A DNA stretch of 63,610 bases, filler included, from Perkinsus chesapeaki ATCC PRA-425 (GCA_013115145.1; 8 parts of 8 records of this genome joined end to end with filler, not necessarily neighbours in it); one strand, 5' to 3'. Counted from the whole stretch's first letter, positions 34,674 through 48,555 are shown. Translations and numbers: made by a program. The notes: a model not told the origin generated them from the sequence alone.

Positions 34674-36808
34674 TCAACTTCTGGTGTGGCTGAGTCCTTC
34701 AATGCCCTTCTCGGCAGAGCGAAAAGCAAGAACCGCTTGTTCGACTTCTTCGTTATAACATTCACGCATCAACTGAAATAGAGCAAAACATTGTATAATC
34801 AAAAATAGAAACATAGAAGGCTCACTTCGGCGTCTACCCATTCCGAGTCTGTAACGATGATTGTGCTGACCTGATGGAAAACACAAGTCGTCCGCATTTG
34901 GCTGTAATCTACGAACCTTGCCATTATAAGTGATCACGCTGAACGTCTGTGAATGGCTGACGTAGACAGATAGCCTTTGAATTGCTTCTCCACAAACAGA
35001 GCGAGGCGCCCGCGGGCCCGGGACGTTGGTAACGGTAAGAGTCTTTCCGAAGATGTATCGTTCGCCACATATACAGTTGATGAGGAGGCGACGGAAAATA
35101 GGGAAGTTCATGAAGAACCCACAGCATCGAGTGAAAACTTTACCTGAAGATGAATATATAACGTAGCAAACTGACAGCCAGTTCTGAGGATGGGTCGATA
35201 GTATTGACTCAATACTCCGGAATGAAACACACGAAAAATGGGCCAGAATGCTTGAGAACGAGATTTCCGAGAAGTACGTATTTCTATCACCAGATAAACA
35301 AAGCATGGTCAAAGGACTACGGATATTTCAATTTGCAGCCATGCTCGCGAGGTTCTTGTGGCTAGAAGTTGGAATCACAATCCCTTGGGACTACAGTTTT
35401 CCCCTTCGTAGCCTAGGTGGACGAAGGGGAAACACTCACCGAACAAAAAAGCCGGAGACCGCTTCAGACGGCCAGTTTGAAGTTGAACATTCTTGATTCT
35501 TTTTTGGAGATCGGCGTCCAGGCAAACAGGAACCTGAGAGCCTTTGAGACACCAAGGGCGCCGCCTTGACGAGAATCTCACAGCAAAGACCCACGACTCG
35601 TTCCCTCCGCCACCAATGGAGGGTTCACCACTGAGCGACCGCATATTGGCGGTGAACTGAAAACCCATCCGAAGCCTTGCTGGATCACGGATCTCATCGA
35701 CGCCTTTCTTCAATGCCTGAAATTAATCTCAATGCCTGAAATTAATCTTAGAGAAATGCTTAAAGAGCCACAAAGTGCGCTTCGGCGAACAGACATAGCT
35801 TCCGCTCAAAGCGGAATACAAATCTCAAGCTTACAAAAGAACCTTACCCTTCTCGAAGTTTGAGAAGGCGCAATACAAGAACTGGTTGTCAGTCAATCAT
35901 GGACTGCTTAGACGTCAACAGTCATGGCCACCCACCTCAGCCAGCAGATATCGTCGTGCAGTCCCAGCGAGTAGTGCCAGTATAACATCATTTATTTTAG
36001 ACCCAGTTGCCTTCGAAACAATCTTAAGGTCTTCTAGGGAGACTTCCGTTCCGCAGCGGACCTCCGAGCGACCTCGTTTGCCGAAAGTCGGACGAAGGCT
36101 GGTATAGGAATCAGGGATAACAGAAAATACCAAAAGCATGTAAAGCGCCCATGGCACGTGTTTGATCCACTGCCAAAGTAGAGTCAGCCTGACGCGAACA
36201 AACAGGGAATTGACTAGCGCGTATCCACATCACGTATACACTCACAGTTTCATCAGAATCTTCCAAATCCTCTCCGTTTTCGTCTCATAAACTTTGGCAC
36301 AGGAATCACTAGCATTGGTGGAGCCCACTGAAGCAGTATCAGCAAGTGGCATCGACTTCTCCAGAGTATCGGTCAATTCCAAGAGTGCCATTATGCTGGA
36401 GAATCCATCAGCCAGAGCATGGTGCAGCTCGCTAACAATCGTAGTGCCACCATCGTCGTTATGAATGAGATAGAATCTTATAGGCGGAAGCTCATCACCG
36501 AAAGGCTTTGTGATGGTGTTTTCTAGTAGCGCTTCCACCGCAGACATTTTAGCATATCGCCTCGGAATGTCACAAGCCTCAAATTCCTCTATAATAGAAA
36601 TGACGTCGAATCCTTCACCTAGGTCTTCTAGGTGATAGCTGGCATCAAGGCCGAAGAATGAAGGCTTGGTGAGGATACGGGAACGATACCTACCGAAGTG
36701 AAGCATTTTATCTGGTCTCTCAAAGACAATGATCCACATTAAATTCGCGGACACGAAGAGGCCGAGTATAAAAGCAAGAACAAACATCTCGCCATACGCG
36801 GGCGACAC
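34674..36808 (-). CDS. Wax ester synthase / diacylglycerol acyltransferase (WS/DGAT family), multi-exon
   Basis: ELHHALADGFS (HHxxxDG), SLEDLKIVSKATGSKINDVILALLAG, TLTVTNVPGP, FSVITYNGKV. Confidence 0.85.
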
Positions 36809-39335
36809 ATTTGCGGGATGTGTCTACAAAGGAGAGTGTGGGATACTGCCCCAATGGGGCAGGGAAAACCGAGATGCGGGGCATTTCGAAATGGGGCAGC
36901 CCCATTCAAGAGTTAAAAATCTCACGCAGCACGGTCGGTTTGTGTACTACGTAGGGACATCGTCGATAAATGAGAGAACGCAAATCAGTATGACTCGTTC
37001 TGGAATGTGAATATGCGATAATATCACAGTTATATCATGTAGGATTCCCGAGCAATGGAAATCTCACTATCATGGCAAGACTCACCAACGCGGCTAGCTC
37101 TTCGAAGCTCGTGAATCGAGAGTCCCCAAGTAGGCGAGCCACTGAACGGTCGAGTTGTACAGCCTCGCATACACATGACTGAGTTTAGGACACCGCGCCG
37201 TGACCGGTTCACAATCGTGCCGATCATACGTCAAACTTCCATACACGGCGGTCGAGTTTCGTGGAGTTTTCATGTCAATCCACTCTGTCTGCAATCCGCA
37301 GTGTGTATCCGAAGAATGTCCGGCAGAGATTTAGACGGCCCACTGGGCCGGGCCCAGTGTTCACGGCGAACTTGCTTCTTCGACGAGTAGAGTTGTCGGA
37401 CTCTTGATCCCACAACGGAACACGAACGTTTTGAAAACGTCGTTTTCTGAAGCTTATCAGTAAGCAGGAAACATCAACCGAAGATCAAGTGAAGGGGTAG
37501 AGCATTTCTCATGTGGTAGGACTTAGGAGTCCATATTCCTTCCTGCTGTCCGCACTTTTCGTTGGAGACTTTTATTGAATGGATCACAATTGCGGCGCAA
37601 TTGTGATGCAATTATTGCGGTCGATTTGTTTCTCGTGGGAGTGAGCGAGTCTTACTCGCCAACTGAGCGAATATAGGCACTCAAGAGTGACTATATTTCC
37701 TTCACGGAAACAGTCTGTTTCCGTGGTTAGGAGTTATGCTCGACGGTGTGATGTTGAACAAGGGAGGCGCCCCCTTTCCCGAGACAAAGATGACCCGAGA
37801 GACGGTCATAGTTTTTTGTCCAATTTGACTGCACCATTTCGGTTTATGGCTACCTGGCTTTCTGGAGTATAAACAAAGAATTCAATAAAAGAGGAGCTAT
37901 GTCGAAATTTGCTATATTTTTCAACACGCGTATCGACCATGCATTTCTTGACCCCTCGTGATATATAACATCACGATAACATTTCCAATAAACGCGTAAT
38001 TATCGAAAACCACGAGCTTCGGGATTCCGAAGATAAACAATGTGAGTCAAGCCAGGCGACGTACGTACCGGGGGTAAACGTCTGAGATGCGTTCCTTAAA
38101 AAGTTTCGCGAACTCCTCTCGATGGATTTTCTTACCTGAGCAAGACAAAAACTGGCACTTCAAGCTGCACAACAAAGTCATCGGGTGACACCAAGCTCGC
38201 GTAGAAGCATAACGTTCTCGACGGTAGAGTTCAGCGAGTAAGAACTAACTCGATAGAATCCATACTGCAAGAGAGCTCCTAGAAACTTAGCAACGTAGAA
38301 AGTCCACTACCAGCTATCGCACCAGAAACAAAACAACAATAAAAGCCCACCGAGAAAGCCAACCTCGGGTCTCCATGCAACATCCTATATTCAGACCATG
38401 TCCAATGGATTGGCCCTCGATGGCAGCGAGGAATTCTGATTCGAAGGACAGGCGGCGGCGCTTCGGTAGCGAGTTCATTTCAGCGGGAAGGGAGGAAGCC
38501 ATTTGCATAGGAAATCGATGGAACCGAAGCACAGAGCTCGAATCGATGCCCTCAATCGTGGCTTCTCGTTGAGCTGAACGGAAATGGTCGCATTCGATGC
38601 CAAGTCTTGTGCCCACAAACTGTACATATCATTTCGAGTTCCTTCATAGCAGCAATCCAGGTACAAGTGTCATCTATGCAGAAGTCGAGAAAATAAATCC
38701 AGGACAACAAGCACCAAGCAATCCAGGTAACTCAACCAGATTCACTACGTTGAGTTGCATAGACCCCATACTACTGCACGCCTTTCCCACCATGATTAAG
38801 GGAATTTGGGACCCGATCTGCGCGGGAGCTTGTGCGGAATCGTACTGGAGCGAACAGTGGGCAAAAAAATACTGACAAACTAATGTGGTTCGTCATAGAG
38901 AGGGAAGCATCTTCGGCCTATAATCATTATAGTGGACGTAATAGTAGATCATACTCGTGACGGTTCAATGTAAAAATGGTACAACGGGGGCGCGTTAAAT
39001 CACAAATACACCGTGAGAACGTCAGTGACCTTCGGGCTGTTGATCGATAGGGCATCGGAGCCCTCGAGCAGAAATACTTGCACCTTCCAGTTTTGGCATC
39101 CTACGCCGCTTTACAATGGGAGAGAACTAAAACTAGTTGATTTGCATAACGGAAGTGAAACACCTTATAATGGAAAGTTAGCTACAATTAATAAGTTAGT
39201 GATAGAGGAGGGACCGCAAAGTGTATTGGCTACAGTCCACCCACGACTCGGAGCACTCCGTCCCACGCCCAAGCAAAGTTGCCCTCGAATGAGTTCTGAA
39301 ACACAACCTCTTCAATTTCGCGGTTGAACATGATC

Positions 39336-40150
39336 TCATGGGAATGTCTTTTTTGTCATGACAATGTAAAAGGCTTCGGGAGTGATTCGCCAATTTCCAG
39401 TACGCTGCAAATCCAGTCTATCAGGATCTGATGTGGCCTGCCTGACAACCTCCGTGATCTCGTCAGTAGACAGATGTTCCCCCAATTCCTTGGCAACCCT
39501 CTCGACGTCCTTGACACTAATATATTTTTTATCTGATAATAGTCAGATGCCAATGGTTACCACAACCTGGTCCCATTATGTCCAGGTACAGCCTGCGATA
39601 TAATTATGGAGGGAACAATGCTGGAAAAAAGAGCATGGAATTGCTGAGATGTTGGACGCATTTTGAATAACACGACGAAATTTCGATATTTCGTTGACCA
39701 TCTAGATCATAGCTAAGGTAAAGTCATCCCCTTGAAGCATGGAGCTAATAAATTCGCACTTATCAATATGAGCATTAGGAATTACTCGAGCTCTGAAAGT
39801 CCAGATCAAAACTTTTAGGCTAGAATGGAGTGTGACCGAGAGTTACCAACCCAAATGATTCCCATAGGAAGATAAATCTGAATCCATTCCAAAAATTAAG
39901 AGTAGAAGAAAGATTGCTTCTGAGGAGCGAACCACGATGACGATTTTGCAAGCCACCATGGATGCCCAGCCCCACCGTCAATGTCAAATAGACAGAATAA
40001 TTTATGGACTTCCTCTCGTGTAACATTTCCGTCATCAACATGCTTGCCACTCATCAGCTCCAAGAACTCCTCGAAGCTCAGGGAAGCATTGCCATCTTTG
40101 TCCAACTCAGATAACATCGTAAAGATGGTCTCGCTCTTTGACCTACCAAC
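39336..40150 (-). CDS. Centrin-like EF-hand protein (3' portion)
   Basis: TIFTMLSELDKDGNASLSFEEFLELM, EEVHKLFCLFDIDG, ISVKDVERVAKELGEHLSTDEI, FYIVMTKKTFP*. Confidence 0.8.
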
Positions 40151-40215
40151 AACTTGTTGGTAGGGTTGGTTTGCCTTGTTGGCCACAAGGCAATTGAAAA
40201 CCTCTAACAAATGAA

Positions 40216-40350
40216 ATGGAGGAGATACAATAGAAAGGAGTTTGATAGGAAATATGTTACTAGTGATACGGAGGAGGTATAATAGAAAGGAGTTTGATAG
40301 GAAATATGTTACTAGTGATACGGAGGAGGAGATATAATAGAAAGGAGTTT
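40216..40350 (+). repeat. ~52-58-bp minisatellite at the contig end
   Basis: About 2.5 units of the same repeat as 28852-28925, varying in GGA number. Confidence 0.88.
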
Positions 40351-40450
40351 NNNNNNNNNNNNNNNNNNNNNNNNNNNNNNNNNNNNNNNNNNNNTTAATT
40401 AATTAANNNNNNNNNNNNNNNNNNNNNNNNNNNNNNNNNNNNNNNNNNNN
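40351..40450. other. Artificial contig linker
   Basis: N-TTAATTAATTAA-N. Confidence 0.97.
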
Positions 40451-41068
40451 GAGACTGCTTTAAACTCTTGGAAATGTTCCTTCGAGCTTGGGCGAGCAAA
40501 ATGACATTTTTATGGCGAATCACTAAGTTTGGCAAATGCTGTCTCGTTGGACGGGTACGTATTACGACTTGCATTGCCGCGATTGACTTATGATATCGTC
40601 TCACTCCCTCACTTCATAACTGCGCCTCAAAATTATCCGCCATGCAATTGGTTTCGGCTTTGCAGTTTAGTTTATGCTCCACAGTATTAATTCACTAATT
40701 AACAAGGAGACTTTGAATGAAACGTGTTATTATATTATTCGGTCATCAGTTTACCTCCTCTGCGCCTAAACTACGCATGCGTATTGCTGCCAGACGCGCA
40801 GCTATGAAACGCATCAATACTTCACCCTGAAAATAATATTAATTTGTTAAATAAGTTTTGGATAACCTAAGAAATCTGTTAGGCGTAGGTCACTTCCTCT
40901 TTACAAGGACCGAACTCATGCAGTTGAGTCAATCAGTGTTGCGCAGATTTATTATTTTAATTTCAATTTCAGTGTCAGAGCGTCTAAAGGAAATACCTGG
41001 GGAGCGATGTTCAGAAGAAGGCACATTTCTGAATCGTATTGTAAATGTTGGTTCTGCAATATATATAA

Positions 41069-42519
41069 TTATAATGTTACTGTACTGTTTTTCCTCGCGA
41101 TGATATCCAGAGACAATGAAAAGATAATTCTTCGGCATGGAACGAGTTCACTTACCTCGCCCTTTGAATCCTTCAACACATCAGTTGCCTCTCCCGGTAG
41201 CTCATGAAGCTCAACTCTATCGCCCTCGGACTCGAGCTCCCGGACTATTCTTTGCACCGAAGACTCTGGCATCTGACGACAAGCAGCACAGATCCTCCAG
41301 AGCGTCCAGCCCGCGGAGCCCCACTGTGATACATAGTCCCGACACATGCTTGGACATATTGCAGAGGTTCTATGTTACATGATGAATCCATCGCTAACGC
41401 AGTGCGCACCATTCGAAGACACTCACGTCGCGAAGTTATAGACTACTGGATGTTTCGTACGTCAATATATCTTGTATACGTTCGTGCTTTTACTTGTAAC
41501 GCGAATCAGTTAGTTTTGATAACTTATACGAAACGCATGTACGCCTACTTCATCACGCTTTCCATGTACAATGACAATCCGTTGAGAACATCTTCTACTC
41601 ACTGGACCTGAGACTCTCGAATATAGGAGAAGCTGAGAAAGCTTCCTAGGCAGAGCCTTACATTTCAAGACTAACTCATCTGGAGTCAGGACGAACAAAC
41701 CGGCGAACTCCATCTCCAAACTGCGACCTGTTTCAAGCGCGAAGGTGCCTACTAGCATATCAGAGCTAGTGTGTCAAGGTTCAACCATACCGCCTTGTCC
41801 AATGCCTAAGAAGGCGATTTCCCAACTTTCCCAGCCAACAGTTTTGATGAGCACGTCTTTTATGTATGCTTTGAAAGTTCTCAGAGAGCCTTCGCAGCTT
41901 TTTGTTAATGTATTCTGAAATATTGAAGATTCTCACAACCACACCTGGCGCGGCGCTAGTAGCACCGGGCAAAAACAAAAAACGCGGGAAGCGAAGTCTT
42001 ACATCCCCTCGGATCAACGGATCTCCCGTCTCTAGATCCATGTTGTCATACCAGTAGTAACCAATGTCATTACTATTAGGTGGAAGCAGCTCAGAAGGAA
42101 GTCGCCCAGGTCCTGAAATTTAGCGTTAGCTCACAGCAAAAGTCTCTGCAAGTTTCAGGACAAACGACAGTCCGGATGTGACTACTTCGCAGTGCGAAGT
42201 AGTCTGACTACTTCGCACTGCGAAGTTCGCACCAGTTGAGCAGCTTACCTTGTAGCACTAAACACGCAACTCCTGGTAATTGCATACCACGAGCTAACTT
42301 TGCCAAGGATAAGCTACCATCACCGAAACCATGTAGAATTATGAGTAACATAACAGGTGGTTGGCCATCGCGTGGGGGTACATAGAGACCACTCTCCGGC
42401 AGGTCTACAAAATGAGAGACGCTCCAGACAATGCTGTCAAGTATATCCTTCAAACTTTGCTTACTTACAGGCTGCAGTTTGACCGACAGAGACCTCGCCA
42501 CAGTGAATACCCTCGACAC
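41069..42519 (-). CDS. Alpha/beta hydrolase (phospholipase/carboxylesterase-like), multi-exon, 3' limit uncertain
   Basis: VMLLIILHGFGDGSLSLAKLARGMQLPGVACLVLQG; later exon MDLETGDPLI. Nucleophile motif not located. Confidence 0.55.
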
Positions 42520-45321
42520 TAGTGATACCTAAAACGAGATTATCGAAGACAGACAACATGCCCTGATTGACTATCGGACGATGTCAATCTGGAGTTGGCG
42601 GAGAAAGGTATTCCATAGACGAGAGACTGATGATCAAGAGCCTACTGTGCGCCCTAACCCCAATTAAAGACTGTAATCAGGAATCCTGCTTCAGGATCAC
42701 CACTTTTTCAACAGACATGAAAGCTTTGAGGTGACTATGCGGGAGACTGAGCATAAGCTCTGTATAGGCCAGGCTGAACTCAACACCAGTGAAAATTGAC
42801 AGTTCCATATACTCGTCGAGTATTATTCGAGCAGAATTATGTCTATCATGATTTGAAGAAGGGTCTAAACTGTTGGTGTTGATGAGTTGGGGTTTAGAGG
42901 ATATAGCTGCTATATACTCTAGTAGAGTATATAGCATAGAGTTACTCTATAGAGTAACTCTACAATAATCATGTGATGTCAGAGCATGAATGATCACTAT
43001 AAGTCCGAGTTACTACCGAATCGGCTGAAAGCTGAATCTCTCGTCTCGAAGCCGAAGTAGTCGTCTATGTATGATATGACGGCAATGCCGAATATCATGC
43101 GACCAAGTGTGTGATAGAGTGAGAGATTCGCAGGTAGTTCGTGACGCTGGAAAATGCGCCGAATGTGAGAGCCAAATGACTTATCAAGCGATAAACAACC
43201 AAGCTACATTTTTTCAAGTTACGGCAGATACTACCGCCTACATATCATATAACCTAGATGTGGGATCCACATCAATAGTCTGAGAATGTGAATATTATCA
43301 GCCTGTCACATGGGGACTTGCCTGTAGGCAGAGCTGTGGTCTACCTCGAAAGAAGATACAAGATTGTGGGGCCAATTTGCTAGCCGTTATCAAATGCTTC
43401 ACGCTGTGCGCTGCGCTGACATAGCGCGTAGCGGGCACAGTAGTCGCCCACTACTAGTCGGCCAGGCCGACTCCGCCTCTATCAGAAACTGACATATCTT
43501 CTAGCTGCCACAGTAAAACGTTCGTCTCGTGATCCAGTTACTTGCTCACTGTAATACAAACACTATATAGTGATACTATACACTGTATGCTATACAGTGT
43601 ATGCTGTATACAATGACTCAGTCATTGACAGTCATTATGACTGTAGTACAGTCTCTATCATACAGATATTCGAGATGACTCGGCACCTCATTGGCGTGAC
43701 CAAGATAGGTGGCGCTCGCACTTGATTCGATTTGAGTGATTCAAGAAGTTCTTGGGCACTCAACGGTTCGCGGCTATCGCGGCTAATACCGCGGCTGGCA
43801 AATATTTTTATGAAATTCATGCCCCGAAGCACCATTTCTCACATGCAGCGTCCCTGTCGGTGATCCCTCAACGTCCAGCAACGCTCGTGCTCTTTCAAGC
43901 GAAGAAAACGCCTCGTCGAAGCCGACTGCATTCTCAGCCTTCCCGGTATACGCCAATATCAGACGATAAATCTGAACGAGCAACATCAGGAGCGAATGTC
44001 CTCATGGAAACCTGCAGCTTTCTCTCGCCTTTGCCTCGGCAAGCCACCTCCTTTGTGAAGCAATTTTTCACAAATATCAATAACATCGTCGAACGCTTCC
44101 AACGCCAGAAAACACGCTGCCTTATTGAGCTCAATCACCATTGACAAACTGAAAAACCGAGATCATCCGAGAAAGAATAAAAAATCATGCGAATTCAGTT
44201 CCACAGAGACACCTGGTCGCTGCTAAAGGAGTCAACATTCCAACCTACTCTGAATTATCATCCTTTAGGGCATTGGACGCTTCTTTGTATTTACCCAGAG
44301 CTGCCGTATATTGACGTTGCGCAAATCTAAAAAGTTTGGGAATTATGAAAGTAAATATCACTGGTGCGAGGCAGTTGACTTACAGTTCATTTGCTTCCTT
44401 TTTCAGTTCTTCAACAACTGTCGACATTTGGCTTGATAGAGATCTCAATTCAATTCAATATTCTTCACCGGCAATCGCGTGCGCCATTCTAATCGATGAA
44501 TATTTTATCTACACGGGTATCTTGTGGTCGACGTTGCATGATACAAAATAGGTGAAGTTGATGACCTTTTTCTGAATGCTACCTTGTATAGCACGGTCTT
44601 CTCCTCAATATCTTCGAGTCTCTACCAGACTGCTTCATGTGGCCAAGCCGATATCCTTGGACCCTATTGAAATGATGGCGATTATTTCTAGAGCACCAAA
44701 GTAAGTTAATATTTATACATGCTTGTAATATCGTCTCAAGCTGTGAGGCGCATAAATCACTGTGAAGGTATAAGAATTGTAATCTACGTTTTCAACAGTT
44801 GTTTGCTATCAACGTTCACAGAGACCGTATTATCCGATTTTTGAGGAATGATCTGGGACGGACTATCTGAGAGATCTTTTACCTGTCATTTTCGAAACGA
44901 TATTCTGGAATCGAGGTAGTAAACTTAGACTCTAACAAATCTAATATTTCAAACCATAATCGCGTGTGAATGCCAAGTGGTGAGATATATTCTTTAAGAA
45001 GAGCCAAAGTTCCCTCAGTACAGTGAGATATTCAGAAAACGCGGTCTATCATTTGCAAGAAGTTCGTGGAAAATCGGATAGAGCAATGTTTTACGTGGTG
45101 AGAATTGTTTGCTCTGTCAGATATTCACCTGGTGAAGTGTTAGAAACCCTTACACGTATGTCACGTCACGAATCGGCTAATATATCCCTCTGTGATGGTA
45201 AGGCATTGAGAAGTTATATATTGTTCGGATGACGGGCGCTTGAAAGGAAATGTATTATTATATAATCCTTCGCATGGGAATGTTGCTGAGCGAAGAAAAT
45301 TTCGGAGAAATTTTCCGGCTA

Positions 45322-45415
45322 AAGTTTGAAGGATATGCTTGACAGCATTGTTTGGAGCGTCTTTCATTTTCTGCACCTGCCGGACAATGGTCTCTATGTA
45401 CCCCCACACGAAAAT
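45322..45415 (+). pseudogene. Inverted partial paralog of the hydrolase first exon
   Basis: LKDMLDSIVWSVFHFLHLPDNGLYVPP vs LKDILDSIVWSVSHFVDLPESGLYVPP at ~42380-42460 (minus). Confidence 0.65.
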
Positions 45416-47793
45416 GGGATTTATTTCCTTTTAATAATTTCAGCTCTTGCTCGGCGAGTCGGTCAATCAGCGGAAGAGTTCTTCCCAACCCAAATAGTGG
45501 AGGCAACACGGCTCTTCAGAAGCCTGGGGTAGGTAATTTCGTGGCGCAGTGACTTGTTTATCATGCATCAAGGTACGCAGACGCCGCATTGTGGTCGGCA
45601 ATTGCTGGGCGAAGTGACGATGTTTTGGGAACGGCGAGCCCAAAACGATTAGTTGAATTTTTGGAGGTAAAAGTTCTTTTTTCTGAAGGGAAATTCACGA
45701 TTTTTTTCGTCCCGATTTCGGCTTTGATTTCGGCGTTTTAGTAATTTTGAAGGCTCAACTGAAGCATTAGACACGAAAGGGTAGATGGGGTGATACGGAA
45801 ATCTGACGATGTTGTTGGCACACGAACGTGTTTAGTATTTTTGGAAATCTTTCAACGACCTTTCTCAGTTTGTTGGCGATCTACAGTTGCCCCTGCGAGA
45901 CCAAGCGATATGGTCGGTTGCACGTCCGAGTATATTGGGTAATAAAAGGGAGGGTGTGGGGTTGGAACTGAGGGCCTTTGGATTAATAACAATCTCCCTT
46001 AACCAGTTGGACTGCCCTTTCAGCTGTATTGCCGCATATTCGAGGAGGGCTTGGCACCGTGATGGAGAGTTTAGCGGCTCATGGATGCCAAGATCATTAT
46101 GTTGTTGATGCTCTGATGGCACAGGTAATATGGGATGCGTGAAGGCTTTAAATTTTCATAATTATATTTTTCTCATTTCGTGAAATATTTTTTGTCTGCT
46201 GTATTGATACTGCGTCATGTTGAAAGAGCCTTAACAGTCATAGACTGCAGTCGACAGATGACACTATACTACAGTTATTACCTTACAGTCTTTATAATTA
46301 CATAGCTTGGAGTGAATAATAATATACCCACATAGTGCAGCTTACCGAAAGCATCTTCATAGGCCAACACGGAAGGCGAACAATATCGCCTGGCGCTCGA
46401 TCGGATAATTAAATATTGAGTTTTGATTATATAGACGTCGCATACAATTAGGCTGCTGTATGTTTCATCAGCGACTATCTCCTTTCAAGATCCCTATCTT
46501 CAGGCGAGAGTGCTCTTCCGCGGTGGAGAGCTACCCCTAAGTATATTTTCTAGAGTGGTGGAGTCGTATGGCATTATGAGACCTCAATTGGATGGTTTTG
46601 AAAAGAATTGTGAAGCCATCAAAGGTGATATGTTGGGGGGTATGTTATTTTGTAATGAGTTGGCGGAGAGAGCGGTATGAATTTTGAAGGTATTTCTTTT
46701 TGAAGTAAATGCGAAATATTACTACTGCGATGAGAAGTTACGATATACAGTGATTTATCGAGTCAAGACAGATCCTTCAGAAAAGCAGACAGATATTGTG
46801 TGCTATAGGAGATGATATATTACTTATATAAATAATTCATAAATATTGTTAAACTTATCGCTTGCTGATGGCTTGAATGTTTTTTGGCTGCTTCCCTAGA
46901 AAGTTGGAGGTCATCTGCAAACTCGAAATCGCAGTATGGAACTCAAATGCATAGCTATCGGGCATCTAATTTAGGTTACTTTGGGGAAGAGGGTAAAGAT
47001 TCTGCGAGTGATTGGTTGATGTTGGCAGCGGCGTCGAAGAGGATAGGGCATGATGATATGCATGTATGGGGCTGAAAGATACGCTCATCGCACTCGAAAG
47101 ATTTTTAGGAACATTGCATTAGGCAGATGAATGTGTTGCGGGAGAGACAAGAGGGAAATGGACACGAAGAAAAGATGGGAATGGTTAGGTTAGGTCATGT
47201 TGCGGCGAGGGTATTAACCTATTACGTATCTTGCGCGCTTCGAGCTAAGATATGTCTCAGATAGGCTACTACGATGATAAATTTATCGAAGATTTCGAGA
47301 ACATTTTAGAGCAGACGATAACTACCGAGCCGCGATATGTAAACTCCGTGGTCGTCGGTTCGAATCCTTGTCGATGCTTTCTAGATCCATTCCAAGTTAG
47401 CCTTCGCATTCCCATCATTGGCGTCCCTCCCCAACAGCAGTGATGTCATATCGGTGTTGCTTCAGTCTGATGCCGTTAAAGGGGCAATCAAAGAGTTGCC
47501 GCCAGCTCATTTACTGTAAGATGAGGGAGCATGCACGATTGTGTCGTCGCTGTCCCCTTTTCGAGAGATATTTCACAACAGATGTTAAACGGTATCTAAT
47601 TTGTTAAGTAGTTATTGTTAAACCCGTTAAGGCCGCTAATACTTTCGGATTGGAGTAGTAGGCTTCATCAGACGACAGAAGGACACCTTATCATCTTCCA
47701 CAGATGCTGCCAGTGTAGCTTGAATAAGCGGCACGATTAGGATATTGTTAGATGATTCCAGTTCCTTATTAATTAATGTCTCAAACGCAAAGG

Positions 47794-47866
47794 AGCAGTT
47801 TTAGCGTAATGGTTAAGGTGTTATGGTCTTAATCAATAGGTCGTGGGTTCTATTCCTAGTTAGGCA
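47794..47866 (+). pseudogene. tRNA pseudogene (Lys-CTT-like)
   Basis: TAGCGTAATGGTTAAGG A box, TCTTAAT loop, GGTCGTGGGTTC; stems imperfect. Confidence 0.45.
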
Positions 47867-48555
47867 TATATTTGGATAATTTGCAATCTAACATCAGATA
47901 TTACAATGATCTCACTGTCGTTCCTCTTCTATCAGGTCACTGCTGTATGCATCGGCCCTCGCGGGAGTATCGAAAGATTCTCAAGTCGTCAATGACATCG
48001 CCAACGTATTAACCTTCACCGCATCTTCACTAGATCTTCGCCAAAGGTATCTTTTACCTGCTTCGCACTATGAAGATTTTCCTCAGGCGTATCTTGTGGT
48101 TGTCTGCTCACAATATGAAGGCATTTCATCATTTACCGGTCCCATCAGCCTTGCCGGCGAGGATGCCTTGGGAGGCGGATTTCGAATGCGAGACAATCGG
48201 TGCATTTCAACTGCCCAGAAATGACGACGGAAAACTCGTTATTTTTGTGAGAAATAAATATCAGCTTTCGATGAGGGCTTGTTGTGGCTTACTTGGCGAA
48301 GGAAGAATAATTTCATCAAGCTGATGAAGATGAGTGATGATGATGATGGTGTTTTTAGGAGCCGAGAATGACGGATGGTCCTCGTGTTGAATTGATGAAA
48401 CGAATTCTGAAGGACGAAAGTGGCGAGGAAATTACTGTGGAAAGCATGATGTGTTTCTGAGGTGTCTTCCGCTGTTGAGTTGTTATGAACTCATTCAAGG
48501 TCCCATCATTTATAACGCATTTCGTGGTGAATAATAAAATGTTATGAATAGTACA

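Noticed and set aside
37000-39330. Several mid-length ORFs (38375-39327) and similar ones at 25143-27218, 43635-44144, 56000-57730, 61632-62285
   Set aside because: Some are probably exons, but I could not recognise a domain or build a defensible gene model from sequence alone.
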